Source: Scenedesmus sp. PABB004
Taxonomy: Eukaryota
NCBI GenBank assembly: GCA_014905635.1
Contig: JABVCE010000021.1
Location: 310,001-374,000 of the forward strand
Reading direction: 5' to 3'
DNA length: 64,000 nt
The position numbers and the translations under genes are program-made. The notes below the pieces were generated by a model. It made no database searches. It saw only the letters and a program-made list of their open reading frames with translations, and was not told where the DNA came from. This document shows, piece by piece, positions 1 to 12,970 of the stretch. The stretch's first letter is position 1; each line of letters starts with the position of its first letter.

Positions 1-1407
1 GCGGGCGAGGGAGACATAAAGTCGGCGTACCGCAAGGTGCGAGCGCCGCGCACGCGCGCGCGCCGCGAGCCGGCGCGGCCCGGCGCGGCGCGGCGCGGTG
101 TGTCGTGCGGCACGCGCGGTGGTGGGCCCATCCCGCTGCGCGCCGCGCAGCTCGCGCTGCGGCTGCACCCCGACAAGAACAAGGCGGCGCACGCGGACGA
201 GGCGTTCAAGCTGCTCAGCAAGGCGTTCAGCACGCTCAGCTCGGCCGACAAGCGCGCCTACTACGACCGGTGCGCGGCAGCGCCGGTGCCGGCACAGCGC
301 CGGCGCTGGTACAGCACCGGTTGCCCGCGGCGCCGCGCCCGCGGTGCGGCCGGCTGACCCCCACCCGGCGCGCCCGCCGGCGCGCGGCGCTCGCAGGACG
401 GGCTACGAGAGCAGCACCGCGGCGCAGGCGGCGGCGGCGGGCTCGCGGCGCGGCGGCGGCGGCGGCGGCTACGGGCAGCAGTTTTACTACAGCGGCCCCT
501 CGGACGACTTTGACCCAGAGGAGATCTTCCGCATGTTCTTCGGGTGAGGCCCGCCCGCCTGTGGTCGCGAGGACTGCCACCAGCCGCTGGCGCGCGCGGC
601 GGGGCCGGGGCGGAGGACCAGCGGCCCGGCGGCAGCGCCCGCGCCTGTGTGCGCCCACGCGTGCTCATGCGCCCGTTCGCGCCCGCGCGCCCGCGCCGCA
701 GCGGCGGCGGCCCGTTCCACAACGCGCGCGTCTTCCGCGCCGGCGGCTTCGGGCACCCCGCGGCGGCGCGCGCCGCACACGCCGCGGCGGCGGGGCGCGG
801 GCACGAGCCGAGCCGCGAGGAGCAGACGCGCGGCGCGCTGCTGGGCCTGCTGCAGCTGCTGCCCATCCTGCTCATCGTCTGCGTCACGCTCTTCAGCGGC
901 GGCGGCGAGCCGAGCTACGCGCTCGCGCGCGACGCCAAGTTTGGCACGCCGCTCGCGACGGCGCGCATGGGCGTGCCGTTCTGGGTCAAGGACGGCGCCG
1001 AGTTCGCGGCCAAGTTCCCGCTGGGGTCGCACAAGCGCGTCGTGCTGGAGCGACAGGTGAGAGGAGGTGTGATCGTGTCGTGATCGTGCGCGCGCGCGAC
1101 ACCGCGCGCAGCCGCACAGCGCGGCGGCGAGTCTGGCGCGCGCCGCGCCGCGCCGCGCGCGCTCACGAGCGCACGTCGCCGGCTGCGCCGCGCGCCTCAG
1201 GTGGAGAGCGACACGTACGAGCGCGTGTACCAGCGCTGCCAGAACGAGCGAATGGCGCAGCACCGCGCCTTCACGTGGGGCAACCGCGACGCCGCGCGGC
1301 GCATGGAGCTGCCCGCCTGCAACGAGCTGGGGCGCCTCAACGAAGCCGTCAACGCGTACAACGCCGGCGGCGGCCGCGTGCAGGGCGCCACCGCGGCCGC
1401 GGCGTAG
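1..1407 (+). CDS. DnaJ co-chaperone, DNAJB12/14-like (J domain + TM + DUF1977), 5' part outside the window
   Basis: Exons 1-36, 151-269, 397-543, 702-1056 and 1201-1407 are joined by GT-AG introns. They give IKSAYRK|LALRLHPDKN (HPD motif), DFDPEEIFRMFFG, a TM segment LLQLLPILLIVCVTLF and DUF1977-like LERQ|VESD...C...LPAC. Confidence 0.9.
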
Positions 1408-1436
1408 CGCGCGGCGGCGCAAGCCGGCGGCGGCAG

Positions 1437-1441
1437 TGTAA
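1437..1441 (+). promoter_or_regulatory. TGTAA chlorophyte polyadenylation signal (DnaJ 3' UTR)
   Basis: TGTAA 30 nt after the stop codon; this is the established chlorophyte near-upstream poly(A) element. Confidence 0.6.
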
Positions 1442-1768
1442 AGCGGCTCTCGCGCGGCGTTCCGCTCTCGCGACTCGCTCCTGAGTCTGCCCGACCACGC
1501 GGTGCCGGTGCACGTGGCCCCACGGAGCGTGCAGCACACACGTAAACTTGGTGCCCGCCTGTCAGCCCGCGCAGGGACCTCGCCAGCCGCGCGCTCGGCC
1601 GCCCCAGCGTCGCGTCGGGGATACCCACCACAACGCATGCGCGCCAGCCCACGGCGCCCCTGCGCGGCGGCGCGGGGCTGAGCAGCGGCGGCAGCGCGCG
1701 CTGGCCGCTCTTGGCAGCAGCAGCTCTCGCGCTGCCAGCCGCTTGCTCAATTGCTGAGCTCGGGCGCC

Positions 1769-1894
1769 ATGCTCATCATCAGCGGCGTGCCCGCGGCCAT
1801 CGGGCTCATGCTCGCGGGGGTGCTGCTGCTGGGCACGTGAGCGGCGCGCTGCCGCCGCCGCCACCGCCGCCGCCGCTGCAGCCGCCCACGGTGC

Positions 1895-1925
<31 letters not shown>

Positions 1926-3639
1926 GCAGCTGGCCGGCGGTGTGGAACGCGGTGGAGCGGCGGGGGCGCGTGCCGGGGCACATCTTCCTTGACTATTCGG
2001 TCACGTACGTCGTGCTCGGCACGGCCGTCGCGCTCACGCTCGGCCAGCTCGGCCCGGGCCCGCCCGAGCTCGCCTTCCTGGCGCAGCTGCGCCAGCCCAA
2101 CGGCCCGCTCGCCGGCTTTGCGCTCGCCGGCGGCGCGTGCCTCGCGCTCGGCGACCTCGCCATGCTCTATGCGACGGCGCTGCTGGGGCTCAGCATCGGT
2201 GCGCCCCGCGGCGCCCCGCGGCGGCGCCCCCAGGCCGCCCAGGCCGGCCGCGCTCGCAGCTGGCGTGCGCCCCGCGTGCGTGCGGCGGCCAACAAGCCCC
2301 CCTCGGTCACCCGCCGTCCCTGCCGCCCCCGCGCCGCCCCGCCCGCACGCACACACACACACACCCAAACGAACGCAACAGGCCCCGCGCTGCTCAACGC
2401 CATGACCGTCATCATCGGCGTCGTCCTAGCATACTTCCTTGACGGAGGCATCAACGCGCCAGGCCTCGTGTTCCCCGGCATGGCCGCCGCGGCGGCCGCG
2501 ATCGCGGCCGGCGCGGCCGCGCACCTGCTCGGCGCGCGGCGGCGGCGCGGCGGCGCCGGCGCCGGCGCCGGCGCGGCGCCGCCTGACGACTCGGCGCACA
2601 CGCACGCGCCGGTGGCCGCCAAGGTCGAGGGCGCGGCCGCGCCGGCGGGCGACCTGGAGCTGCTGCGCGGGCAGCAGCCGGGGCGGCAGCGGGAGCAGGA
2701 CCAGCTGCCGGACCTCCCGACGCGCCCGGACGTCGCGCCGCCGGCGGACGTCGAGCAGCCGGCGGCGGGCGGTCCGGCGCGGCAGCGCGCGGCGGCGCTG
2801 GCGCACGTCGGCAGCGCGAGCAGCCTCGCGCGGGGCAGCAGCAACGCCGGCGGCGCCGCCAAGCCGCCGGCGCCGCCGGCGCCGCTACCGCCGCCCGCGT
2901 CGCCGCCGCCGCCGCCAGCGCAGCAGCCGGGCGCCGCAGCCGGGCACGCGCCGCTGCAGCGGCAGCGCTCCATCCGGCTCGCGGGCGGCAGCTCCGCGTG
3001 GCTCGGCCTGAGCATCGCCCTCGTCGGCGGGGCCGTGTACAGCCTCTTCCTGCCTGCCTTTCAGATCGCCGCGAACGACCCGTTTGGCCTGCTGCCGCCG
3101 GCCGTGCCGCCGCTGACCGTGTACACGGCCAACTTCTACTTTTCGCTCGGCTTCTTCGCCGCTTCGGTCGTCATCAACGTCGCGCTCCTGCACCGCCCGC
3201 CGTTCGGCACGCCCCGCAGCAGCGTGCCGGCGTGGCTGGGCGACCACCGGGGGCGGGGGCTGTCGGTGCTCTCCGGCCTGCTCGCCGCGGGCGGCGACCT
3301 CACGCAGTTCATCGGCGGCCAGGTCGCCGGCTACGCGGCCGCCATGCTGGTCATGGTGCGACCCCGGCGCAGGGCCCTGGGCTTGCGCGCCCGCCCTGCC
3401 CACGCCGGCCCTCGTCCTGCTCACACACAGTTACACTGCCGCCGCCGCCTGCCGCACGGCGCGGCGCACAGGCCTACCCAGTGGTCAACGTGCTCTGGGG
3501 CGTCGTCAAGTTCAAGGAGCAGCGCGCCGCGAGCCCGCTCGGCCGGGCCCTGGTCGCGGCGCAGGTCCTGTGCTACGCGGCCGCAGTCGGGCTGCTCGCA
3601 GGCTCCGCCGCGCCGCGGCCGGCGCACGGCGCGCCGTGA
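1769..3639 (+). CDS. Ureide permease family transporter
   Basis: The spliced product reads LLLGT|WPAVWNAVERRGRVPGHIFLDYS, FALAGGACLALGDLAMLY, LTVYTANFYFS, QFIGGQVAGYAAA and AYPVVNVLWGVVKFKE, all typical UPS motifs. A long low-complexity central loop is present. 3 introns. Confidence 0.88.
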
Positions 3640-4017
3640 CGGCGGCGGTTCTGCGCCGCAGAGAGCCCCGCGGCTGATCGGGGTGTGACGGCTGCAGCAG
3701 GGCACGCGCATCAGGGCACGCCCGGCGCGCCCGCGCGCAGCCGCGCCACGTCGCTCGGCCGCCGGCGGGCAGCAGCGGCGACCGCGGCGGCCGCAGCAGC
3801 AGGCGCCGCGGAACGCCCCGTGTGACGCCCAAAAAGACGTGCCGCATCGGCTGACGCTGCGGGCCGCATCCATTCGCGATCGGGCAGCGAGCGGCGTCGG
3901 CCGCCGCGCCCGCCGCTGCTCTGTGGGCGCGCACGGGCCGCCCGCGCGGCGGGCCAGTCCACCGGTGCAGAGGTGTCGCGCAAGGCGATCCGTCGGGACC
4001 GGCTCGGGGCGCCTCAG

Positions 4018-5027
4018 ATGCGCAGCGGAGCAGGCGCCAGCACCGCTGCCGCTGCTCGCACGCCGCGCGCCGGCGGCATGGCGCTGCGGCGGCTGGGCGG
4101 GCCGCCCGGCCGGATGCAGCAGCTGGTGAGCCTGGTGCCGGGGTCTGGCCGGGCGCCGTGCAGCTGCGCCGCCGCCGCCCGCCACGCTGAGCTGCCGCCC
4201 GCCGCCCAGGCCTCCGGCGCCGTGCGGCCCTGGCGCGGCCCTGTGGCGCCGCCCGCGGCCGCCGTGCGCGCCGCCAGCGCCGCCAGCGGCGCCCGCGGGC
4301 GCGCCGGGCGTGGCGCGGCGCCGGGCGAGGGCGCGGGCGGCGGGGGCGCGGGCGGCGCGCGTGGCAAGGCGCTGATGATCGTGGAGTCGCCGACCAAAGC
4401 CACCAAGATCCAGAAGTTCCTCGGCAGCGACTACAAGGCGCGCGGGGAGGGGAGGCGATAGGGCGGCGGGCCACGGGCAGCCAGCAGCTGCGGCACCGCT
4501 CTGGCCGCGAGCCGCCGCCGCCGCCGCGACGCGGCTGCCTGCAGGTCGTCGCCAGCTACGGCCACGTGCGCGACCTGGCCAACCGGGCGGGGTCGGTCAA
4601 GCCGGAGCAGGGTGCGCGCCAGGGGCGAGCGGGGCGCGCGCGCCGCCGGGGCCCCGCCCCGCCCGCGCCGCCGACCTGCCGACGGGACTGCCGCCTCCGC
4701 GGCCGCCCGCGCCGCCGCCAGACTTTGAGATGGTGTGGCAGGTCACGGGCGGCGGCGAGGCACGGCTGCGCGACGTCGCGGCCGCGGTGGGCGGCGCGGC
4801 GCGGCTGGTGCTCGCGACCGACCCCGACCGCGAGGGCGAGGCGATCAGCTGGCACATCCTGGAGGAGCTCAAGGTGGGCGGGCCAGCGCTGCTGACAGGC
4901 GGGCCGGCCGGCGGGCCAACGGGGCGGCAGGCGCAGTCGCTGGCAGGTCGGCTGGTCGGCAAGCCGCCGTGGGTGACGTCCGAGCTCGCCGCCACGGCCG
5001 CCGCCACGGCCGCCGCCGCGCCGCCGC

Positions 5028-5058
<31 letters not shown>

Positions 5059-5820
5059 GCGCGCAGCGCCGCGGCGTGCTGCCGCGCCCCGGCCTGGAGG
5101 CGCAGCGCGTGACGTTCACCGAGGTCACGCAGCGCGCCGTGCAGGAGGCGCTCGCCGCGCCGCGCGAGGTGCGCGCGGGCCGTGGCGCCGCGCGCCGCAC
5201 ACTGCGCGGCTCCTGCTGCGCCGCTCCGCCGCCGCCCGGCACCCCGCCCCCGTTTCCTGATCAATCAATCGACGGCTCCGTTGGCCCAGGTGTCGGCCCC
5301 GCTGGTGGATGCCTACCGCGCCCGCCGCGCGCTCGACTACCTGGTGGGGTTCAGCCTCTCGCCCCTGCTCTGGCGCCGCCTCGGGCCCGGCGCGCGCTCC
5401 GCGGGTGCGGGCGCGCGCCGGGCCGGCCCTGCGCGCCGGCGCGGCCGGCGGCGCCGGCAGCGCTTCCGCCCGCCGCGGCGCCCCGACCCGGTCCCCGCGC
5501 GCGCGCCGGCGGCCGCGCCCCCGCGCGCGCAGGGCGCGTGCAGAGCGTGGCGCTGCGCCTGGTGTGCGACCGCGAGGCGGAGGTGCAGCTGTTTGTGCCG
5601 CAGGAGCACTGGAGCATCGGCGCCAACTTTGCGACCGACCCCGGCGCCGCGGCGGCGTTCGCGGCGTCGACCGATGCCGCGGCGCCCGAGGGCGCCGCGG
5701 CAGGCCTGCTGCCGGCGCGGCTCACGGCGGTCGACGGGCGGCGCCTGGCGCCGATGGCGCTGCGCAGCGCGGCCGAGGCCGCCGCGCTCGAGGCGCGGCT
5801 GTGGCAGCAGGAGCTGCAGC

Positions 5821-5853
<33 letters not shown>

Positions 5854-8800
5854 CGCAGGGGGCGCGCGCGCCGGTGCCGTACCGCGTGCTGAGCGTGGTG
5901 CGGCGCCCCGTGCGGCGGCACCCGCCCGCGCCGTACGTGACGTCGACGCTGCAGCAGGACGCCGCGGCGCGGCTGGGCTTCAGCGCGAGCCGCACCATGC
6001 AGGTCGCGCAGCAGCTGTACGAGGGCGCCAACGCCGGTGCGCGCGCGCCGCGCCGAATCGCCGCACGCGGCGCTGCCCGCGGCCCGCGTGCCGGCCCCCC
6101 GCGCGGGCGCTCGGACACGGGCGCCTCGAGCGCACCCCAAACACTCGACCCAACAAACAACAACATCGCCCGCCCGCCGCCGCGCCAGGCGAGGGCCTGA
6201 TCACCTACATGCGCACTGACGGCGTGAACGTCAGCGCAGAGGCGGCGGCCGCGCTGCGCGCCGCGGTCGCCGCGCGCTTCGGCGACGCCTTTGTGCCGCC
6301 GGGCGGGCCGCGCGCGTACAAGAGCCGCGCCAAGAACGCGCAGGAGGCGCACGAGGCGATCCGGCCGACCGACCCGACGCTCACGCCCGACGCCGCCGCG
6401 GCGCAGCTCACGCCCGAGCAGGTGCGCGCGGCGCCGCTGGCTGGGCCTGCGCCGCCGCGCGTGGCGCGTGGCGCGGCCGCCGCGCTGCGCACTCACGCCA
6501 CACGCACTCACACACACGCGCGCGCTCCGCCGCAGGCCAAGCTGTACCGCCTGGTGTGGTGCCGCGCGCTGGCGAGCCAGATGGAGAGCGCGACGCTGGA
6601 CCAGGTGCGGCGGGCCGGTCAGCTCGGTCAGCTCGAGGGAGCGTGCACGCCGCGGCGTGCGTCGGGGCGGCCGGCGCAGGCGCGGCGCCCACGCGCCGCG
6701 CGCCGCAGGTGACCGCGGAGCTGGGCAGCCCCTGCGGCGGGCTGGTGCTGCGCAGCAGCGGCAGCAGCCTGTCCTTCCCTGGCTTCCTCGCCGCCTGGGA
6801 GGGCGCGCCCGGCGGCGCAGGGCTGCTCGCCGCGGCCGCCAGGCTGGCCGGCGCTGGCGGGGACGGCGAGCCCGCCGGCGCCGGCGCCGAGTCGGACGCC
6901 GAGCCGGACGGCGCTGGGCTGAGCCCGCTGCTGGCGGGGCTGCGCGAGGGCAGGAGGTGCTGCTCATGCAGGCGCGTGGCGCGGGCGCGCCGCCGCGCCG
7001 CCGCGGCGCCGGCCGCCGCGCAGCGCGCGCCGCGGTGCCGCGCCGCCCGTGGGCCAACCGCGCCCCGACGCCGCGCGTGGCGCGCAGGTGCTGCCGCGGC
7101 AGCACTGGACCAAGCCGCCGCCGCGCTTCACCGAGGCGTCCATGGTCAAGACCCTGGAGGAGGCAGGTGTGGGGCGGCCGAGCACCTACGCACCCATCAT
7201 CCGCCTGCTGCAGGCGCGGCGCAGCGCCGGCCGCCGCGCGTGCACGCGCGTGTGCGCGGGCGCGCTGCTCCGCCGCCTCGGGGCCCGGCGAGCGGGCGAG
7301 CCGGCGAGCTCACGCCGCGGGCGCGCCGCACGCCGCGCAGGAGCGCGGCTATGTGACCAAGGCCGGCCGCGCGCTGGTGCCGACGCCGCTGGGGCGGCTG
7401 CTGTCGGCGTACCTGGCCGCCCACTTCGCCGAGTACGTGGACACTGACTTCACTGCGCGCGTGGAGGAGCAGCTCGACGTCGTCTCCGGTGCGCGGGGCC
7501 ACAGGCGCAGGCGGCGCCGCGGCCGCGACGCGCGCGCTGTGCACGAGCCCGCGGGCTGCTGGTCGCCGCTGACGCCCGCGGCGCGCGCGCAGCCGGCGGG
7601 CTGCCGTGGAAGCGCCTGCTGGCCGACTTTTGTGCGCCCCTGGACGCGGCGGTCGGCACGGCAGCACAGCTGAGCACCACCGAGGTGTTTGACCAGCTGG
7701 AGGCGCAGCTGGCGCACCTCATCTTCGCGCCACCCCTGCAGCCGCCGGGGGGCGCCGGCGAGGCCGGCGCGGAGGCGGGCGCGCGCACCGAGGCCGGCGC
7801 GCCGGCGCACGACCCGCGCGTGTGCCCCGTGTGCGGGGGGCGGCTTGTGCTCAAGCCCAGCCGCGTGACGGGCGGGTTTGTGGGCTGCAGGTGCGGCCGG
7901 CGCCGCCACGCCCACCGCGCCCGCTGCGCCGGCCGCGCCCGCCGCGCCCGCCGCGCCCGCCGCGCCCGCCGACGCCCGCCGCGCCCGCCGACGCCCGCCG
8001 CGCCCGCCGACGCCCGCGCGCGCCGCCGCCGCCCGCGCCGCAGCAACCACGACTCGCTTGGCTGCACCTTTGGCCGCCCGCTGTGGCCGGACGCCGCCGA
8101 GGCGGCGCAGCTGTCGGATGAGGAGGGGCAGGTCGCGGCGGCGGCGGCGGGCGCGGGCGGCGCGCTGGGCGCCGCGCGGCTGCTCGGGCGCCACCCTGAC
8201 AGCGGCGAGGCCGTGTGGCTCAAGCGGGGCCCGTACGGCCTCTACGTCCAGCTGGTGCGCTGCGCCGCAAGCAGCAGCAGAAGGCGCCGCAGCGGCGCGC
8301 AGGCCCCGCGCTGACGCGCCGCGCGGCGCCGCGCCCGCCGCAGGGCGACGGCGCCGCCGCCCTGGCTGCGGCGGCGGCGGCTGCTGCGGCGTCGGGCGGC
8401 GCGCCGGGCGCCGCGCCGGCGCGGCGCGGCAAGCCGGCCAGGCCGCCGCCGCCGCCGCGGTCGGCGGTGCCGCAGGGCACGGCCTGGGGCAGCGTCACGC
8501 TGGCCGACGCGCTGCAGCTGCTCGCGCTCCCGCGCACGGTGCGCGCCGCCGTCGCCGTGCTCTTGCGCCCGCCCCTGGCCGCGCGGGCAGCCCGCGGCGT
8601 CGAGCGCCGCCGCGCCCCATGAGCCCCGGCCGCCGCCCCGCCGCGTGCGCAGCTGGGCACGCACCCCGAGAGCGGCGAGCCCGTGACGGCGAGCGTGGGG
8701 CGCTTCGGTCCCTTCCTGCGTCACCGCGGGCTCTCGGTGGGCCTGCCCAAGGGCGCGGCGCTGATGGAGGTGGGCCTGGCGGAGGCGGTCGCCGCACTCG

Positions 8801-9728
8801 ACGCCAAGGAGGCGCGTCTGCGCGCGCGCGGGCGAGACCCCTACGCGGTGCGGCTGTGCCGCAGGGGCCAGCGGGCAGGGGCGGGATGGCGGGAAGGGGG
8901 CGCGCGCGACGCACTGGCCAGCCCTGGGGCCGCCGCCACCCGACGCCGGCGCGCCCCGCCGCCGCGCGCAGGTCAAGCCCGGCAAGGGCCGGGGCAAGGC
9001 CGCGGGCGGTCAAAGCGCCGCCGCCGCGGGCGGCCGCAGCGCCGCCGCCGCGCCCGCGGGGCGCGCCGCCTGACTGGCTATAACCTCTTCGTCCGGGAGA
9101 TGAAGGGACAGGTGGCTGCGGCGGCGGTGGCGGCCGGCGGCGACGGCGCGCCGCCGCCGCGCCTGCTCAGCGCGCTCGCGGCCGCCTGGAAGGCGCTGGG
9201 CGAGCGCGAGCGCGCGGCGTACGGCGAGCGCGCGGCGGCCGCGTCGGCGGCGGCCGCGTCGGCGGCGGCCGAGAGTGCCGGCGGCGGCGCTGCCGTGAGC
9301 AGCAGCGGCGGCACCCGGCGGCGGCGCAGCAGCAGCAGCACCAGCAGCAGCGGCAGCACGAGCGGCGGCGGGGGCGCGGCCGGCGGCGGCGGCGCCGCGC
9401 CCGCGGGAAGCACCCGCACGCGCGCCCGCAGCCGGAGCGGCGGCGCTGGCAGCGGCGGCAGCGCGGCAGCAGCGCTGGCGCCGGCGGCGGCGCCGGCGGC
9501 AGCAGGCGCCGCCCGTCGGCGGCGCGGCAGCCCCTGACTGGCTACCTGATGTTCTGCGGCGCGCAGCGCGCCGCCGTGCTCGCCGCACACCCAGGCGCGG
9601 CGCCCGCCGAGGTGCTGAGCCGGCTCGCCGCGGCCTGGCGCGGCCTGGGCGCCGCGGAGCAGGCGGCCTGGGCGGCGCGCGCGGCGGCTGCGGACGGCGG
9701 CCCGGCCGACCGGGCGGGCGCGGCGTGA
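4018..9728 (+). CDS. DNA topoisomerase I, type IA (bacterial TopA-like, probably organellar), with C-terminal repeats and two HMG-box-like domains
   Basis: TOPRIM motifs [19 protein letters not shown] and [14 protein letters not shown]; then [16 protein letters not shown], catalytic [29 protein letters not shown], zinc ribbon CPVCGG, and Toprim C-terminal repeats (GRHPDSG...[15 protein letters not shown]...GRFGPFL). About 15 introns. The N-terminus looks like a transit peptide. The 3' end at 9728 assumes the HMG-like segments are fused across apparent frameshifts. Confidence 0.88.
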
Positions 9729-10160
9729 GCGCGATGCACCGCCGTGCGCCTCATGCGCTGCGCGAGGCGCTTGCAACTCGCAGTCCCGCGACTCCGCCCC
9801 TCGCAGCCGGCCTCTCGCAGCCGGCTCGCGCCCACACACGCCTTGCGGCAACACCAACTCCCGCCGCCAGCTGCAGCAACGCCAGCGCATCGCTCGCACC
9901 CCGCAGCGCCAGGCGCCGACCCACACGGCCCGCCGCCGCCCTGCCTGCTGGCTGCCGCGCCGCGTGATGCACATGGCGCCATTGTCGCCTCGTCGTCCCT
10001 CGCCCCGCTGCTTGGAGGTACAGTCCGTCCCACGCCCCCGCCCCGCGGGCCCGCGCGGCCTCAAACCCGCCCCGCGTGACGGCGCGGCGCCGCCATGATC
10101 TGATAATACACCGCTGCCTGTGTGTACACGTCGCTTCCCCGCACCCCACCATCGCTCGGG

Positions 10161-12970
10161 CTAGTACTTGCTCGGGTGTGCCTGCAAGGGGTGTGCGAGC
10201 GCGGCGCAGCGGGCGGCGCGTCGGCGTGATGCGTGGCGCGGCGCGGCGCGTCGCCCGGAGCGCTGCCGCCCCTGCCGCGGCGGGCCCACCCACACCTCGT
10301 CGTAGTCAACAAACCGCATGCGCTGGGCCATGCGCGCCGCCCAGCGCCGCAGCGCCGCGGCGGCCGCCGCGCCCCCCGCGAGCGCGGCCGCGGCCGCGCC
10401 AAAGCCGGCCGTGCCGAGCGCGGCCGCCGCGCCGAGCGCGGCCGCGGTGCCGAGCGCGAGCGCGGCCGCCGCGAGCACGGCCGCCGCGGCGCCCGCGGCG
10501 GCGGCGAGGCGCTCCAGGTTGGCCAGCGCGCCGCGGCAGGCGGGGCAGTGCTGCGTGTGGCTGGCGTAACGGTCAAGCACCGCCTCGCGCGGCAGCGCGC
10601 CCGCCGGCGGCGCTGCGGGCGGCGGCGGCGCGGGGCACGGAGGACCGGCGTCGGCGCCGACCGCGGTGCCAGCGGCGGGCGCGCGCGGGCCGCGGGCCGC
10701 GCGCGCACCCACGCCGGCGGCCAGCATCTCGTCGTCGGGCGTGGCGCCGCCGGCAAACCGGCGCACCCACTTGCTCAACGCAATTGGCCCCTGCGCGCCG
10801 GCAGGTGGGCCCGCGCGGCGGCGGCGGACGAGTGTGTGGGACCGAGCGTGCACCGGCCGCGCGGGCGGGCGGGGCGAGGCGCACAGCGCACAGTGCGCGA
10901 GCGCCGCGCCGCGCCTGGTCCACGCCCACGGCGGGCATGTTGCCCTGGCCTGCGCCCTTGGCGCGGTTGGCGTCCACGCCGTGCTGCATGCACAGGTCGG
11001 CGTCCACCACGTCGTGCCTGCGGGGTCAGAAGGGGCGCGCAGGTCGGAGGGGCGAGCCACCGCCGGCCGCGCGCGGCCGCGCCGCGGCCGCCGCACATCG
11101 CCACGTGGTTGAGCCACTCCGGCGTCGCTGGCAGCACCGCGAGCAGCGCGCGCGTCGCGGCGCCGGCGAGCGCGGGCAGGCCCCACCGCGGCGGCGGCGC
11201 GGCCGCGGCCGCGGCGGCCGCGGCGGCGGCGGTCGCGGCGGGGTCTGCGACAATGGCGATCATCATCACGCAACGCCCGGGGCGGTCGGCGTGACGTAGC
11301 CCACGCCTGCCCCGGCGCGCGGGTCGCCTGCGCGCGCCGCAGGAGGCAGGGGGAGGAGGGAGGGGCAGCGCGGGCGGCGCGTCGGCGCGGGCAGCGCGGC
11401 GGTGAAGCGCGGGCGCGGCGGCGCGGCGCGGACCCGCAAAGTTGCGCCGAATGCCGCCAGGCATGACGCAGACGTCTGTCACGACGCGCCGCGTCGCGTG
11501 GTTGAGCCTGCCGCGGGGGCGGCGGCCGCGGCGGCGGCGGCGTGCGCGCGCGTCGCGGACGCCCTGCCGAGCCGGGCAGGCGCCGCGCGGGCCGCGAGAG
11601 CGCGGGACGGGGTGAGAGCAAGAACAACAGTGCGCGCCGCGCGCTCACCGGCTGACCGTGTAGCCGGCTGCGTCCATCGAGAACGCCTGCACCTCGCCCG
11701 GCGCCGCGGCGGCGCGGCTGAGCCCGCCCACGCCGTGGTGCAGCACCGTGTCGTGGCTCGGGTCTGCGCGCCGCGGCGGCGGCGCGCGCGCTGTGGGCCC
11801 CGCCGCCGCGCGCGCGCCTGCGCGGCCGCCGGCCTCCTGCCCCCACCCACACCCACCCACCCACCCTCCCCCGCCCACACCCACCCACCCACCCTCCCCC
11901 ACACCCACCCACCCACCCTCCCCCACCCACACCCACCCACCCACCCTCCCCCACACCCACCCACCCACCGTTGAAGACGTTCTCTTTGACCACCAGGTAC
12001 GACGCGGCGCAGTGCCGCAGGTACCAGCGCCCCAGGTGCGTGCCGCGCTCAAAGCCGAGCTTGGTGCTCCAGAAGGCAGCGGGCCCAAGCTCGTCGAGCT
12101 CGGGCGCGACGGTCGGCAGCGCCGTCGCCGCGGCGCGCGCCGCCGCGGCCGGCCCCGGCTCGCCCCACACCCACAGCAGCTCCTCGGCCACCGCCGTCGC
12201 GTGCGCCGCCGCGCACGCGCGGCGCCCCGGCGGCGGCGCGCCGGGCGGGAGCTGGGGGATGCTCGCGCACGCGCCGGCGCCGTCAAACTGCCAGCCGTGG
12301 CTGCGGGCGCGAGAAGCGGCGGGCGCGCCAGCAGTGGGGGCTCACAGGTAGGGGGCGGGGTCGCGCGCGTGCAGGCTGCGCGGCCGGCAGCCGCCACGCC
12401 CCGCGGCGCGGCGCGCTCACTAGTTGCAGAACAGGTTCCCCGACGCCGGCTCGATGCGGCCCTCGCTCAGGGGCGCGAGGCGGTGCGGGCAAGCGTCGAC
12501 GAACGCCCTGCGCGATCGGCAGCGGCGGGCCGGCCGTCGGCGGCGTCGGCGGCGCAACCAGCGCAACCGTCGCAACCAGCGCAACCACCGCAACCGCCGC
12601 CGCACCTCCACTGCCCGTCCTTGTCGCACCACACGACCAGGTCCTGGCCGAGCAGCTTCACGGCCTGCGGCCTGCCCCGGTCGAGCAGCGCCAGCGGCGA
12701 AACGGGCCACCACTGCGCGCGCCAGGACCACGGCGCCGCGCCGCCGCCGGGCGCCGCGCTCGGCGCCTCAGCGGGCGCCGCGACACCCGCAGCCTCAGCG
12801 AACGGCGCCTGCTGCGGCGTGGCGCGCCAGGCGGCCACGCCGGCGCTGGGGCGCCCCGCGGCGCGGCGCGGGCCCGCCGGCGCTGCTGACGCGCGCCGCC
12901 GCAGAGCGAGCGCCGGGCGGCCGACCGGGCTGCACGCGGCCGTCCCCTGGCGCGCCACGAGCGGCGCCAT
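10161..12970 (-). CDS. Pheophorbide a oxygenase (PAO/TIC55/PTC52) family Rieske non-heme iron oxygenase
   Basis: Rieske motif DACPHRLAPLSEG...FCNY|HGWQFDG, mononuclear iron site ENVFD|PSHDTVLHH, C-terminal LDRYASHTQHCPAC followed by a hydrophobic tail, and a transit-peptide-like N-terminus. Confidence 0.88.
11845..11968. repeat. CCCA/CCCACA-type degenerate simple repeat in a PAO-family intron
   Basis: Seen directly: runs of ccacccacccaccctccccc units. Confidence 0.85.

Noticed and set aside
9070..9537. Programmed -1 frameshifting at the two CCTGACTGGCTA sites
   Set aside because: The shared sequence is simply the L-T-G-Y codons of both HMG-like boxes, which place TGA in the +1 frame. No slippery heptamer is evident, and similar indels occur across the window.
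4018..9728. Recent bacterial horizontal transfer or contamination (TopA)
   Set aside because: The gene has about 15 host-type introns, host codon usage and a transit-peptide-like leader. Bacterial-type topoisomerase IA is a known nuclear-encoded organellar enzyme in the green lineage.
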